Positions 13,370-25,807 of a stretch of DNA of 64,000 bases are shown here, in pieces. The notes beneath the pieces were generated by a model, which made no database searches, was not told the DNA's origin, and saw only the letters and a program-made list of their open reading frames with translations. The stretch's first letter is position 1. Every line of letters starts with the position of its first letter. The DNA is from Podarcis gaigeae (Eukaryota), in NCBI GenBank assembly GCA_964106915.2, contig OZ066914.1; one strand, 5' to 3'. Both the position numbers and the translations under genes were made by a program.

Positions 13370-14153
13370 AGAAAGGGTGGAGCAGTCCTATGGAAGGGCA
13401 AGGATCTAATGCACCTTTTTGTTGCACTTCCCACTTGTGTGTCTTCTTGCCAACATACCACTCCAACAGTGAGGCTACTTCATACATTTCTTTTGATGGG
13501 ATTTAGCACCATTGTCACTAGATGATTCTACCATTTCTTCACTGCTTGGAATGCAAGCCTCATTTATTGGTTGCTGGAAAGGGCCCCCAAGAGACCACCT
13601 TTCTACTGTCATCTGTCCATCAGTCCTGGATTGCTGGAGCCATAGTAGCAGATGGAGTTCCAGTGTTGATTGACAGAGTTGGGGAGAGGATAGAATTAGG
13701 AAAGAAAAAGATGCTTAAATTTAACCATTAACGATGGCAAAGTCCTTTTGCAGAAACAGACCAACTTGATTAGATTACTTTTGAAAAAGGAGCCTGCAGA
13801 GATTATTAGCTTTGCTTTTGGGGGGGGGGGGAGAGGCACGTAATGTGCTCTGCAGGAGGAGCCTGCAGAACAGGGAGGTTGTTTAGTGGGAATGCAGTTA
13901 AACACAGCATCTGTATTTGAGCAGGGTGAACCAATGTTGATTCAAATGGCCTGCTGTCTCTTAGAACACAGAATGGTGTCAGATAAGATCACATTGCCTT
14001 CTCTGCACTGCAATACAGCTGATAGGACCTAATCTGAACCAGGGTTCTTGACAGTATAAGCCCAGAGGCGGAACTCTGAGACGGAAACATCTAAAGCAAG
14101 CAAGAGTACCTTTGAGAACGTACAGCCTGCATTTTCATCACTCTAGAATAGAT

Positions 14154-14401
14154 CATGGGTAGGCAAATAAAGGCCCGGCGGTCAGATCTGGCCCAATTGC
14201 CTTCTAAATCCGTCCTTTGGATGGTCCAGGAATCAGCATGTTTTTACATGAGTAGAATGTGTCCTTTTATTTAAAATGCATCTCTGGGTTATTTGTGGGA
14301 CGTAGGAATCCATTCATCCCCCCAAAAAAATAGTCCAGCCCCCCCACAAGATCTGAGGGACAGTGGACCACCCCCCTGCTGAAAATGTTTGCTGACCCCT
14401 G
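14154..14401. mobile_element. hAT (Charlie-like) MITE, family B copy 1
   Basis: Ends catgggtaggcaaa...tttgctgacccctg; flanks gaatagat/ctctagat; reverse-complement copy at 29112-29367. Confidence 0.85.
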
Positions 14402-15029
14402 CTCTAGATAGCTACAACTATTCTACATATTCTTGAGCAGTAAGGTATTTTGGGGTAAAGGTGGCAACCTACATGGACTACTAAACAAGCCAACAGCTGT
14501 GCCTACATTTCTGGCCAACACCCTTGTTTCTGCATACTGTAGAGGCATCTATGTGTTAGAGACACATCACCATCCTTGTGCTAAAAGGAGATGAGGCTCT
14601 GGGAGTGACTGACCTGAAAAGTGCTACAGCTATGAGGTTTGTAAAAGTAACCACAATGTGTTTTGTTTTTGCAATTCATCTAGATCTAAAATCTTGCTTC
14701 TCATCCCAAGATCTTAACCGGCACCCGAATTTTATCATATATTTTTTTAGACTGGGGAAGGTAAGCCACCCCAACAAGAGGAGTGTTCTACTTTCATTCT
14801 TTTCTAACCCACCTGCAATTGTGTTAATAGATGCCACATGGCAGTGTGATCACCACTCATGCTGATAGGGATTGTTGGACGCAGGCCATTCTGCAAGTGG
14901 CAGTGCTGCAATGATATCTTACTCCTCCACTGCATTTCCAGCTCAGAGCTATAATGAAATGTGTGGATGGGCTGGTTGTGACATTCAGGTGGAGTCATCG
15001 CCCAGGAACAAGGGTGGGGAACTCTCTTT

Positions 15030-15077
15030 GGTACGCAAAGACACACCTTAGAGCAAAATATTTTCAGGAATTTTATT
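15030..15077 (-). terminator. Polyadenylation signal AATAAA (15077-15072) with downstream GU-rich element
   Basis: Minus strand reads TGTAATAAAATTCCTGAAAATATTTTGCTCTAAGGTGTGTCTTTG; UGUA motifs lie upstream. Other AATAAA copies (~15475, ~15785, ~16263) could be alternative sites. Confidence 0.6.
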
Positions 15078-16567
15078 ACAATTTGAAACCAGACAATGCC
15101 AGTGCATGGGATATACATTCATACAAGGATTTTTTTTCCTAATCAGAAAACAAGTCATATTTCTTATATAATACACAAAAGACATTTTAAAACAAGATCA
15201 GGGCTCCCAGAGCCATTCACAGCCTCCCACTCAAACATCCATTCAACCCTCCCATGCCAATTTGCCTCTCTTGGTTTCACAGTGAGAATGCACATCAGCT
15301 TTGGACATTATAAATACACAAAAGATGCACCTTAACTGGCCAAATAAAGAGTTCAGCAAGTAATGCTACCAATAATTGTTATTTCATTCTCTCCATCATA
15401 CTCCAATACACGGCTGTTAAAAAGCAGCTTCCATCACACACTTTGAAAATTGGAGTTAAAAGTTTATCCTTTTTTTATTTGAAGACCAAATTAATGTATG
15501 TTAAATAGACTCAAACCTATACAAATGAAAGGGGTTCTATCTGGTTCCATCAATGCAACAGTCTAGGATGTTCGGTGCTACTGTCCTAGAAAATGTGGAA
15601 TGTGTTTGGAAGCAACTTGGGTTTGCAACATAAAAGTGTTAGTAAAAATTCATTACTGGTTCCACTCAGACCTGGTAAAAAAATGAGCAACAGCTCTCTT
15701 TTTAAAATGTAAGCACCAAAACAACAAGGGTTTTAAAAATGTTGAAAGTATTTTCCAACTAGTTTGTAAGAAGATAGGGTTATTTTTATTGGCTGCACCT
15801 TTCACCACTGAATCTAAGGAATGTCTCTGCATTTTTTGTTCTTAATTTTGAACTTATGCAGGACAGAAGCTTTATGGGTGCAGCTTAAGTTGCAAATGGA
15901 GAAATGATAGCATTCCATCCATGTCCAAGTAATTAAGAAGATAGTAAAACAGAAGACTACATTATATTGGGAATTGTTCTATCAGACCTCTGAGGTCCCA
16001 CCTAGTAGGCTGAATATTTAACAAGGTGGGTTTCTTCCACATAACTTTACATGCTTCGGCTGATTATTTGCAGTAGTATATGATCAGCCTCATAAAGGGA
16101 AGGTGTTCAACATAGCAGTTCTGAAGCTATCCTTTCTTTTCTTAGGATTCTGAATAACCAGCATCAACATGATGTGAAAATGCCACTTCATGTATGAAGC
16201 TTCTCCAGGGATGTATTGGGGGCAGGGGGAGCGGCATTCTAACTTGTATAAAGTCTCCCATTTTTATTTTTAAAGAAGTCTTAGATAAAGAGAGTGTTTA
16301 AAAAAAGCAGTTAAATTACAGCAACATACTGCATGCCCATATTGAAGTTAATGCTTCACAGTCTACTCTGATCACCCAACCAAGTCATATTAACTAACAA
16401 TGCAAGAAGCTACTAACTAAGAGTGTGGGAGATGCGGGTGGGAAGAATCTTTCCCCTTTCAGCAACCAGAATGCCAATTTTTACATTGGCAATCTGACAC
16501 ACACACACATGCAAGCATGCATATATTAACGTACATCAATACATGCTCTCCTGCACTCTCACCTCTC

Positions 16568-16640
<73 letters not shown>

Positions 16641-18100
16641 TTTCTACTTTCCCCAGATTAAGCTCAACAGCATGTCCTGTGTAATGTAACTTGAAAGGAA
16701 ATTCCTGTTGTGAATTGTAAGGGAAAGATAAACTCATTACTGCCACTACTGCTTTGCGTTTCCCTCCTCCCTGCCCTCAAAATCCTTGAACAGGGACTCC
16801 ACACCCATCTGATAAGGCCCACAACAAGCAGAGGCCAATGTACAGGAGATGTGGGGCACTGGCATAAATGTGAAAAGGGGTATAGACCTAGGGTTCTCAT
16901 TTTTTAATTTATAGCAGATGCCTTGAGCATCTTAAGCCACACTTAATCGAACCTTGAGCTTACAATGTGTGTTCTCTCCGGACGACATAGAGGCTTTTGC
17001 CAAAGCAGAGGCCACTACAGGTAAGTCATTTGAAGAGCAGCATTGGGCTGATCTCATATGCAACACAAAAAAGCAGCCTTGCAGAAGCTACTTTGCAAAG
17101 GAGAAATATCAAGATACACAAACCCAGGAATTGGCCACTCAACAACAAAGGAGAACTCTCTTAGTTTGCAGTCCCCACTGGAGTAATTTCACAGTTATCA
17201 ACAATTGGAAAAAATCTGGGAAAACCCGCTTGGAAAAGTTTAGTTTTGCCATATGGGCCTTGGAACAGTTTAGAACAGAGGACTACTATACATTCCTTCA
17301 CCAAACTAGGCAGAGAAATATACCTGGACAGGATAAAGAGAGTCGATTCTCTTTGTGTAATAGTGGATGGTGCAATACTTGGCACGAGGCACAAATGGCA
17401 AGATACTGCTAGCACCTGAATCCCATTTTACCAGATCTGAAAGGTCCTTAGTATGAAAGGGACCTGTTGATGGCCACAAATTCTGTCTCAGGGCAACATT
17501 TCTTCATCTTTATATGTTCACCAAGAATAGAACAGTTTGTTTATCCCATTCCAACTTAAAAAAGAAAGCAAGATGTGCATCTTCACAAAATACCAAACAT
17601 ACAAGGTAAAAACTGCTATCATGCACACGTGGCAGCACTATAGTGCGTTGGTTCAGTCCAGTAAAGACGTCTGGCTGATAAAATACCCTTTCACTGTATG
17701 GTAGTAGCTTGCGGTATAACCTTCTGAATGGACACAGAGGACTCGTGAGTATATACTCTGGATAGTTTTGTCTCCAGCAGGTTTCACACCCTTCCAGGGC
17801 AGCTGCCATTTAGTCCTCTTGTGTGATGAAGTTTTGAAATAGAAAGGTTATATAAATTTTCAGAGAAGCCACAAACAGCATCTTCATTTTAAATGATAAC
17901 AAACAGGGTAGTAGTGATAAAAAATACAACCGGTCTGTTTCTTCCAATGCGTTAAGTTCTTTTTTTAAAAAGTCTGTAAAAATATTTTGCACAACCTTCT
18001 ATATCCATCCATTCATGATAAAAAGTCAAATACATGAAATAGGGTTTTATTTCTATACAGTTATACTCGCAAGGCAATCAGTCCTCCTTGGCTGGCCTTT
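15055..18100 (-). other. RASSF7: Predicted RASSF7 3' UTR (~3 kb)
   Basis: Follows the exon 6 stop, is AU-rich and nearly free of transposon fragments, and ends at the best-supported polyA signal. Confidence 0.6.
16571..16636. repeat. Compound microsatellite (CT)19(CA)14 in the RASSF7 3' UTR
   Basis: Read directly from the sequence. Confidence 0.97.
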
Positions 18101-18132
18101 TTACCTCCAGATGCTCTGCTTTGCTGACATGA
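18101..18132 (-). CDS. RASSF7: RASSF7 terminal coding exon 6 (alternative C-terminus VMSAKQSIWR*)
   Basis: Pyrimidine-rich acceptor atttatttttatatgtcttgcag|TC; phase 1 matches donor GAGG|gtgtgt at 20644; TAA at 18103-18101. Resembles the S...WR* ending I recall for non-mammalian RASSF7 (not verified). Confidence 0.75.
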
Positions 18133-20629
18133 CTGCAAGACATATAAAAATAAATGAAGTGACCCCATTATGATGGCTTAGTGTTTGATAAACCAGAAGA
18201 CGAAGACAGAGAGGAAGGCAGGGGTGGGGAGGGAGGATATGCTATTCCATGCAATTGCAGATTCAAACATAAATAGCGACAGATTCTTCATGAAAGCATG
18301 ATCAAATTGAAATGATCACACAAGAAAATTTCAGAGGTGTACCTTACTGTAGTATCACAAAATGGGAAAGCCCACCTAATCTGTACCATAAGCATAGAAA
18401 ATTAGTTTAAGTCAACAGAGAATTTCATGATCATTTGCTCCGATATTCAAAGCAAAGTATCAGCATTCTCAGAAGCCATTCTCACCATTAAAATATGCAG
18501 AACTCTCCAAGAACAGAATACCAGCTTGAGAAAACCAACTCTGATTTAATATAGCACAGCCAAGAAAATAGATAGAAAGGCTGTTGTGATGCTATAACTG
18601 TAAAGGATTCCTAGCTCTTTGTTGTGATAAGACTAAGATTCCATAGCCATCAAAAATGGTTATGGGGGTGGGAGGGAACTGCAAGCTATAGTCAAGATAA
18701 TTTAAAGCCCCAAAAACTGCACCTAGATCGCTTCTGAAATAACTTCTGATCCGGCTTTTAATTTTAACCCTCTCTATAGACTCAGTCAAGAAGGTTGCCC
18801 ACAAAGTGAAGGTTGCTGGGATGAGGACCACCACCACACTCTAGTGGAGCATTCCACAGGAATCCTTTTTAAAAAGAGAACCCACTCAAACAAATGGGAC
18901 CTGCCCAGGACAAGTTAACAAGATATAAATCTATTTGCATAGATAAAAACGTTCAAACTGGATATTGGGCCCATCATCATTGGCCAATTAGATCACCAAA
19001 CTATTATTCCATGGGTTGGGTCCTAATTCCCACAAAGTGATATCTTCACCAGCATCACCATTCAAGGGTTTAAAAACTGGTCTGGAAAGACAACGTGGAC
19101 ATACTGCATTACTTGCCTTGCTGTGACTCAAAGTTGCTTTGACTAAGGTCCATAGGGACAACACTGTGGAATACACGGATTGCATTACAAAACACTAAAT
19201 GTTCTGTCTGTCTGTCTCTGTCTCTCTCCCTCTCTCTCATATGACACCACTTCACAGGATGTGAGTGGCAACCTTATACTTTGTGCTGGTTTTCAGCCAG
19301 GCTGTCTAAAATTACCATTTGTTTCCTTCAGAGCTAAAATAGTTCTTGGCATCCACCTGTCTTGAGAGACAATGGAGTGCACCTCTGGGGGTGAAGTCAA
19401 ACCACTGCAATAGCAGCACCAAAGTGACCTCCCTAGGGCACAAGTCTGGGCAGTGTGCATGAAGATCCTGGGCTGGGGTCTGTGGGGCATTAGGGGAGGG
19501 GTAGCTCCGGTGGGGGACACATCATGCTCCTTCCAGGGTAATTTGTTCACCTTTGGTTCCCAACATGTACTCATGTGCTCACCTGTGGCTCTTAGAAGCT
19601 GTCAGCATGCAACAACAGCCATAACCCAGGAAATGGCTTCAACTGACCAGCTAAACCAGGAAGCTAAAACTGTGTCTTATTAAAACAAGGAATGGGAACT
19701 TCTGGTCCTGACGTCATATGCGGGGAACTCGATCACACAGCCGATCCATGCAGAATGCAGGGTAGAACTCACTGCTGGACAGCAAGTACAGACTAGCATT
19801 TTAAAATTGTACAGACCAGTTCTGGTGCACTTTGAAGCAAGATATTTCATATCCTCAGCATACGGGATTAAAATTTACATTTGTCAAATGAAACTAACAA
19901 TGGTGGATGAAGAAAGGGGTGCAATTAATCCATCAGGGATATCCAGCCACACATTCTGTAAGAGTTTATAAAAGAGAAAAGATCCCCTTGCAATCAACTC
20001 TTTAGGAATCTAAGCTGCTAACTAAAATATGAGACATTAAAGGAATTTGGCAGAATGACCTTGGGTGAAGGACAAGCGAATTGCATATGCAGGGCTTTTG
20101 TCTTTGCTAGTGAAGTTTTAAATAGGCTTGAACTAGCAAACATCCTCAGCTGAGTAAGCAATACTGCACTGTGTAGCTAAAGCAACTGCTCCGAGACAAA
20201 ATGCCATCCTGCAAGCGATCAGACTGTTACTGGTGAGTGTCTATTGATCTCTCAGCCACTGCACAGTGGAGCAGTCTTGGCCCAAGCCTATCATGTCATA
20301 TGGCAGGCATAACTTCCTGTTATTCTCTGCTTACTCCCACCCTCAGCTTCTCTTCCCTTCTCTTTGGTTACTGCTGGCCCCAACATGCTACAGTTTATGG
20401 GTACCCCCTGCAAAACAACCAAGCTACTAGCTGCTGATTCAGGGAGCAGGGAGAGAGGAGGAGGAGGAGCACAGAAGGCAGGAGAGAAAAACTGAGGAGT
20501 AGAAGAAGAGTTTGTAGTAACAGCCACCTCCTTGCAGATGAAAGCTGCCCCCCACTATAGCAAGATTAGGATGTCTGGAGGACTGCTTGACAAGACCAGG
20601 TTTTCAGCACACAAGAGGCTTAGGGCAGT

Positions 20630-20751
20630 TCAAACATACACACCCTCAGGGTTCAAGCTGGACACCAGGGGGTTCTGAAGGTTTCGTGGATTGCCGAGGA
20701 ACTGCTTGGCTGTGGCTCGGGGAGGTGAATCTGTGCTGGGCTCAAGTAGAT
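20630..20751 (-). CDS. RASSF7: RASSF7 exon 5, read-through form ending ...SSLNPEGVYV* (spliced form ends at 20644)
   Basis: Acceptor ttttccctag|AT (phase 1); encodes DLLEPSTDSPPRATAKQFLGNPRNLQNPLVSSLNPEGVYV then TGA (20632-20630); resembles the RASSF8 C-terminus (LQNPISSGFNPEGIYV, from memory). Confidence 0.87.
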
Positions 20752-21954
20752 CTAGGGAAAATAATCACGGTGACAGTTCAGTTATCCAAAAGTACAACAA
20801 AATAGCCTGAATTTTCAGGAGCAGCACTTCAATACACATTTCCTTAAGCTCAGCCTTTCTGGAGTCATACCTCCTTACATTCTTTGGGTTTCTGAACTTT
20901 GGGTATATATATGTAACTGGACTTTATGCAATGCACTGGAGTTACACCTTTGGTTTTGTTCTCCACCACCACCACCACCCTGCCCCATTTGTAGCATAAT
21001 CAGTACACTGTAAGTACACACAATGCTCCCAATTCGTTAACCAGAGTTAAGAGGTCAAGAGATGGCCATGTGATTCAAGTTCCCTTTCCTGTCCAGTACA
21101 TGGCAATGAATCTGAACATATGCAACTGAGTATTGCTTCCCTGTTTATCCCTCCCTCCCTTTCCTCTGTGATGAATTTCAGATAGCAAGCTGCTCAGGGC
21201 AGATACCTTCTCTCTTATACTCTGTACAAACAAACAACAACAACCAATGTTTGCATAAACTCACGCTACAGCATTACCATGGTCTGCTTCTGCTGATTTG
21301 GCTGGCTATGCAGCCATGGAAACACTGCTTACCACATAACTAAACAACAGACTGTTGTCTCCCCCCCCCCCAAAAAAAAAACACCCCACCATTATGGTAA
21401 ACTTTAAAGCTGCTTAATTGGTATGTGGCAATATGCTTTCTTCTGGCAAAGGATCTCAGACTTTTTAAGGCACCCTTCCCCCTCATCAGTGGTGCCCAAC
21501 ATGCGTCCTGTGCTGCCACTTCTAACCCACATTTGCAGTTGGTATCTCTGCTATTTCATCCCAATTCAGCTTTCTCTGGCTGGATAAATCACTATCGATC
21601 GTGGAGTACTAGTGGACCCAATTTCTGTGACCAGGCAGGCAGGCAGGCACCAGCATTTGCCATTGATTGATTTTGTGGAAGGCCACACCTTATTCTGACA
21701 CCACATCAGTGTGAAAAATCAGTAATAATTGTGTATTGGTGCAAAAAGAAAAACAACAACACCCAAGCCTGTTCCATACATGCACGCTGTCAACTTCAAG
21801 ATTTTTCTTGGAAACTAGAAAAATTTATACCTGAGGTGGTGCTGCATTGTGCAGGTCATGCCAAGACAGACCCAGGGAACTACACTGCTGCAATTGCTGT
21901 CCACATTCCACAGCAAGAGCTTCCGCACAGGTGGGTCCCCCCCCCCCCAAAAAA

Positions 21955-22075
21955 ATGAGCTGTATTCAGCTAAGTCTTACTCAGAATAGACCCACTGAAA
22001 TTAATGAACCTAAGTTGGTAATGTCCATTAGAGTCAATGAGGCTGCCTGGAGGAGGGCAAGTGTTGAATATCATC
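21955..22075. mobile_element. Degraded palindromic MITE (Harbinger-like), related to 57948
   Basis: gtattcagctaagtcttactcagaatagacccactgaaattaat...gttgaata; shares its core with 57948-58057. Confidence 0.5.
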
Positions 22076-23077
22076 CAGTTAGTTTCTCATTTAGGCTGGC
22101 CTGTATGCAGCGGCTGCAAAGTTATGGGAAGGCTAACATATCTTCAAAGACTGGGCTAGCTAGCTAAAATACCATAGGATGCTGGGCTTTGAGAATGCCA
22201 GATCTCAGTAGAACCCCTCTCTCTGCCCATGAAAGCGTAAATCTGTAGCATTTAAGATGTCACAATACTCTGTGTTGTTTTCCCCCTGAAGCTGAGATAG
22301 GCAACTAGCAGAACAGACCTCTAGTCCAGACCATTTCCCGGAGGCTGCCCACCCAGATACTATGTTAAAGGAAATATTCTTGAATAAGTGGGAAGGGGAC
22401 CATATTTCAGTTGACACCATCACTGCTGTAGTTGTGGACCTTTGTAGTGCTTAACGGCTTGATGCTACCTTACCACACAAGGCAAATTCAAAATCTATAT
22501 AAATGCTTTTAGACATCTACCCTGTTTAAGCTGTGTTGCACTTCTTGTAATATGTGGGAATCCAGAGTTTAACATGGAGCAAGTTCAACAATCAGAAATT
22601 GACTTTTTCCTTTCTTAAATAGTTGTGCTAAATGTCCCACTTTGAACTTCCAGTTTTTCTTCACATTCATTTTTAGGTATATTTTCAGAGGAAGCTCTAC
22701 CTAGCACAGTGTTTGGATGCAAGATCCATACAGCAGAGTTCAGGCAGATGCCCAGAAACCTATCCACCTTCTCCCCCCACCCCAACTGCTATTCCCTGCT
22801 ACTGCAGTATAGATTTATGGATAAGTTGTATCTGCTGTCCATTTGTTTCTCCAGCCAGATAATTTTAAAGGGAGGCTTCAAAGAAAGCCACACCAATGCA
22901 TTTCCATGGGTTGCTGATTGTTTGCTGATGTCACAACTAGAGGCCAGAAAACTGGGGATATTGACATTCCCTACCAGCTTACATGAGAGGAAGCACAGTA
23001 GGAGGCCTCAACTAAAGTGAGGTCTCCTGCCTCCCCTCTCCCCCCAACTTTGCCCACCCTTTGACTTGTGTTCCAAC

Positions 23078-23246
23078 CTCCGGTTCTCTGGTGAGCCAGC
23101 AGCTCAGAGCTGGTTTCATCCAGCTGGGGTTCCGCTTCTGATCTGGGCTGTGGGGAAGTCACCATGGCTCCTGTCTGCTGGATGAACTGCTGCAAGTTAC
23201 ACTGCCTCAGCTCCTTATTTAGCTCCTCCAGCTCTTGGTTCTGGGC
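23078..23246 (-). CDS. RASSF7: RASSF7 exon 4 (C-terminal coiled coil), 169 nt
   Basis: Acceptor atcttgcag|GCC; encodes AQNQELEELNKELRQCNLQQFIQQTGAMVT...HQRTG plus 1 nt. Donor GAG|gttgga is weak but is the one that keeps exon 5 in frame. Confidence 0.88.
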
Positions 23247-24564
23247 CTGCAAGATATAGGAGGAACAGGCAGAGTGAACTTATCTTCATCTGAGATATGA
23301 AGCTGCAGAAGAAGGGCTTCTGATCCCACCCCAGCCTCCTCCAGCTCGCTTCTCTCTGCTTCTTGACCATTAGCAGAAATCTACCAGAAACTACATGAGC
23401 TGACAGGAATAATATGGTAGGTGGCTAGATATTCATTCCTGGATGCTTACACATTCCAAAAGCTTCTTTATCATGAAGTCAGCATCTGCTGGCAATCTGG
23501 TGTGGGTCTTTGTGGTGGGTGTTGGGGTGCAACTGAAGATCTATCCACCAGTTCTAGACAACTTGCTAGCAAAGCATCTAACCCCAAACAATCTCAAGCA
23601 CACCCCCACCCCACTCAGGTGGCCCATTTTCCTCTTTGCTAACAGAATGACAATATTTTCTCTTCCTTCTAAATGTGGCTGAAGATGGAGACTGAAACAT
23701 AAGAGCAAGATAACCCTTGTATTCTGACCGTGCTATAAAGACTGAGCATAGACTGAGAAAAGCACAGACCTGCAGACAAACAATCTATCTGATTCTCGTA
23801 ATGGCTCTTGTATGTTACGGTAGTCTATTTATTTAGCTCTCAGACAGTGAGCGTGCTGCTTAATTGCTCCCACTTCATTGTGCCCTGCCTGCAGCCAGGA
23901 GAAACAAACCCACAGATGTGCATGGGCCTATTATTATTCTTACAGTTTGGAATTATTTTAATGGGTCCCCCACAAACCCATACACGATCATGTCCTTATA
24001 ATCAGAGTCTGACAGAGGCAAAAGAAAAAAAAGTACAGTACAGTACACAGAATTTCCTCTACTTGGCCATAAGATGGCACCAACGTCTAGGCAACAATTA
24101 AACAAGAACCAGGAGAAGACTCGGGACTATTACTGCTGCTTAAAGCAAAGAACAGAAAAGAAGCAACAGCTGCCTGTGTTTTGAAGATGCACATAATTAA
24201 CATGTTGCTATAACACCTTCAAACACAGATTTCTAATAGCTAAATTAAACTAGAAGCAAACACGAGGATACAGTACTTTGCTTTCCCCGGCAATGTTCCT
24301 GAGCAAAATCACAGTTCTGAGCTTCCCTCCTCCAAAGGCAAATAATTCTGCTTGTGTTGCTGCTGCTGCAACGGAAGTGACTAAGCTGGGTGAAACACAC
24401 CTGATGTATTGAATGACATGCCTGCAGTGCAAGCAGGAAAAATCAGAGAAGTGATTCATGCAGGGATACAGCAGGCTGGTTCTGCTTTGGGCTCACAGAC
24501 GACTAATTTTTATTTCAAATATTATTATTTTTACCACACAGTAGTGTGCTTGGTGCACAGTTTG

Positions 24565-24909
24565 CATACCCTCCATCATTTCTCTAATGAAAATAGGGAT
24601 AATGATAAATAATGATAAATTATACTATTTATACCCCATACATCTCACTGGGTTGCCCCCAGCTGCTTTGGGTGGCTTCAAACATATATAAAAACAAAAT
24701 ACAACATTAAACATTTTAAAAACCCTTCCCAATACAGGATTGCCTTCAGACGGCTCAGGGGTTGGATAACTTCATACCCTCCAACCTTTCTCCAATGAAA
24801 ATAGGGACGTCCTAAGGAAAAGCAGGACATTCCGGGATCAAATCAGAAACTGGGACAGCTTCTCTAAATCAGCGACGTCCCTAGAAAATAGGGACACTTG
24901 GAGGGTATG
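24565..24909. mobile_element. Composite hAT-like MITE containing an inverted L2 3' tail and a duplicated left end
   Basis: TIR cataccctcca...tggagggtatg; left end repeated at 24774; 24625-24750 is the reverse complement of the L2 tails at 45560-45680 and 36435-36550. Confidence 0.8.
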
Positions 24910-25807
24910 GAGTTTGGGGATTACTCTACAAATACAGTGGTAGCTGGTTTGATGTTGGCAAACAAGTAGCCGTTACCATTATTTAATGGTTTTATTTCTA
25001 CATTTGTTCCAAAGCAATGTTCCTTTTACTGTAGGATGCTTTCAGGGTTAGATTACATGCAAATGACCATTTTGCACACTCAAAGTGTGTGCACACAAAT
25101 GCCCACAAATATAATTCCTATGTAAACCAACACATCACAGTACTATGCCTGAAGGACTGCACACCTCATAACCAGGTTCAATTCATGTCTGCAAGAGTTG
25201 CAGTATAACTTTATTAGGCCCATTCTATCAATTCGGGCACAGAACAGCTTTAATTCCTTTGGGTTTGATGATCTTGCAAGATGCTAATCTCCCTCGTTCC
25301 ATCCCAGCTAAACCACATGATAATCCTCATGGGAAGAGTCCTCAACTAAGTTCAACAGAAACAACCAAGAGCTTAGTGCCCCATCTCAGAACATACAACA
25401 TTGTGCAAGATCATTTCCATTTGGTTGATGTAACAGCTACACATTCTATTAAGATTCCAGAACTCACCTAATCTACTGCTAAACGCCTGGAAGGGTAGAA
25501 TTCTAAGGAAGTCCAAGGCTGCAAAGGAGATCCCAACACAGATTTCCTGTAGCATTTTGTCTTATGGGGATGTACTTTTTTTTGCAACTAGACCTAGTAT
25601 CCTAGTCTAACAGATATACTATTAACTGATCCTTATTCTGCGCCCAAGTAATTTAAATTGCAAAACAAGTAAAAACAATGCTCAACTGCATTCTGAAAAA
25701 CATTTAGAGGCCTAAAAACATGGGTATGCAATCATGCATCATGGAATGCAACCACCCATCTAGGGATCCCCTCAGAAAAAGAACATTATTGTGAAGTGCA
25801 TACATAC

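Noticed and set aside
1-15000. miR-210 hairpin expected from synteny
   Set aside because: I did not find CTGTGCGTGTGACAGCGGCT or its complement anywhere in the window by eye; the partial ctgtgcgtg at ~37154 has no hairpin.
15712-15718. miR-29 seed match (TGGTGCT on the mRNA strand) in the 3' UTR
   Set aside because: A single 7-mer in 3 kb is uninformative without conservation data.
16954-17412. 152-aa plus-strand ORF
   Set aside because: TTG start, no recognisable homology, antisense to the predicted 3' UTR.
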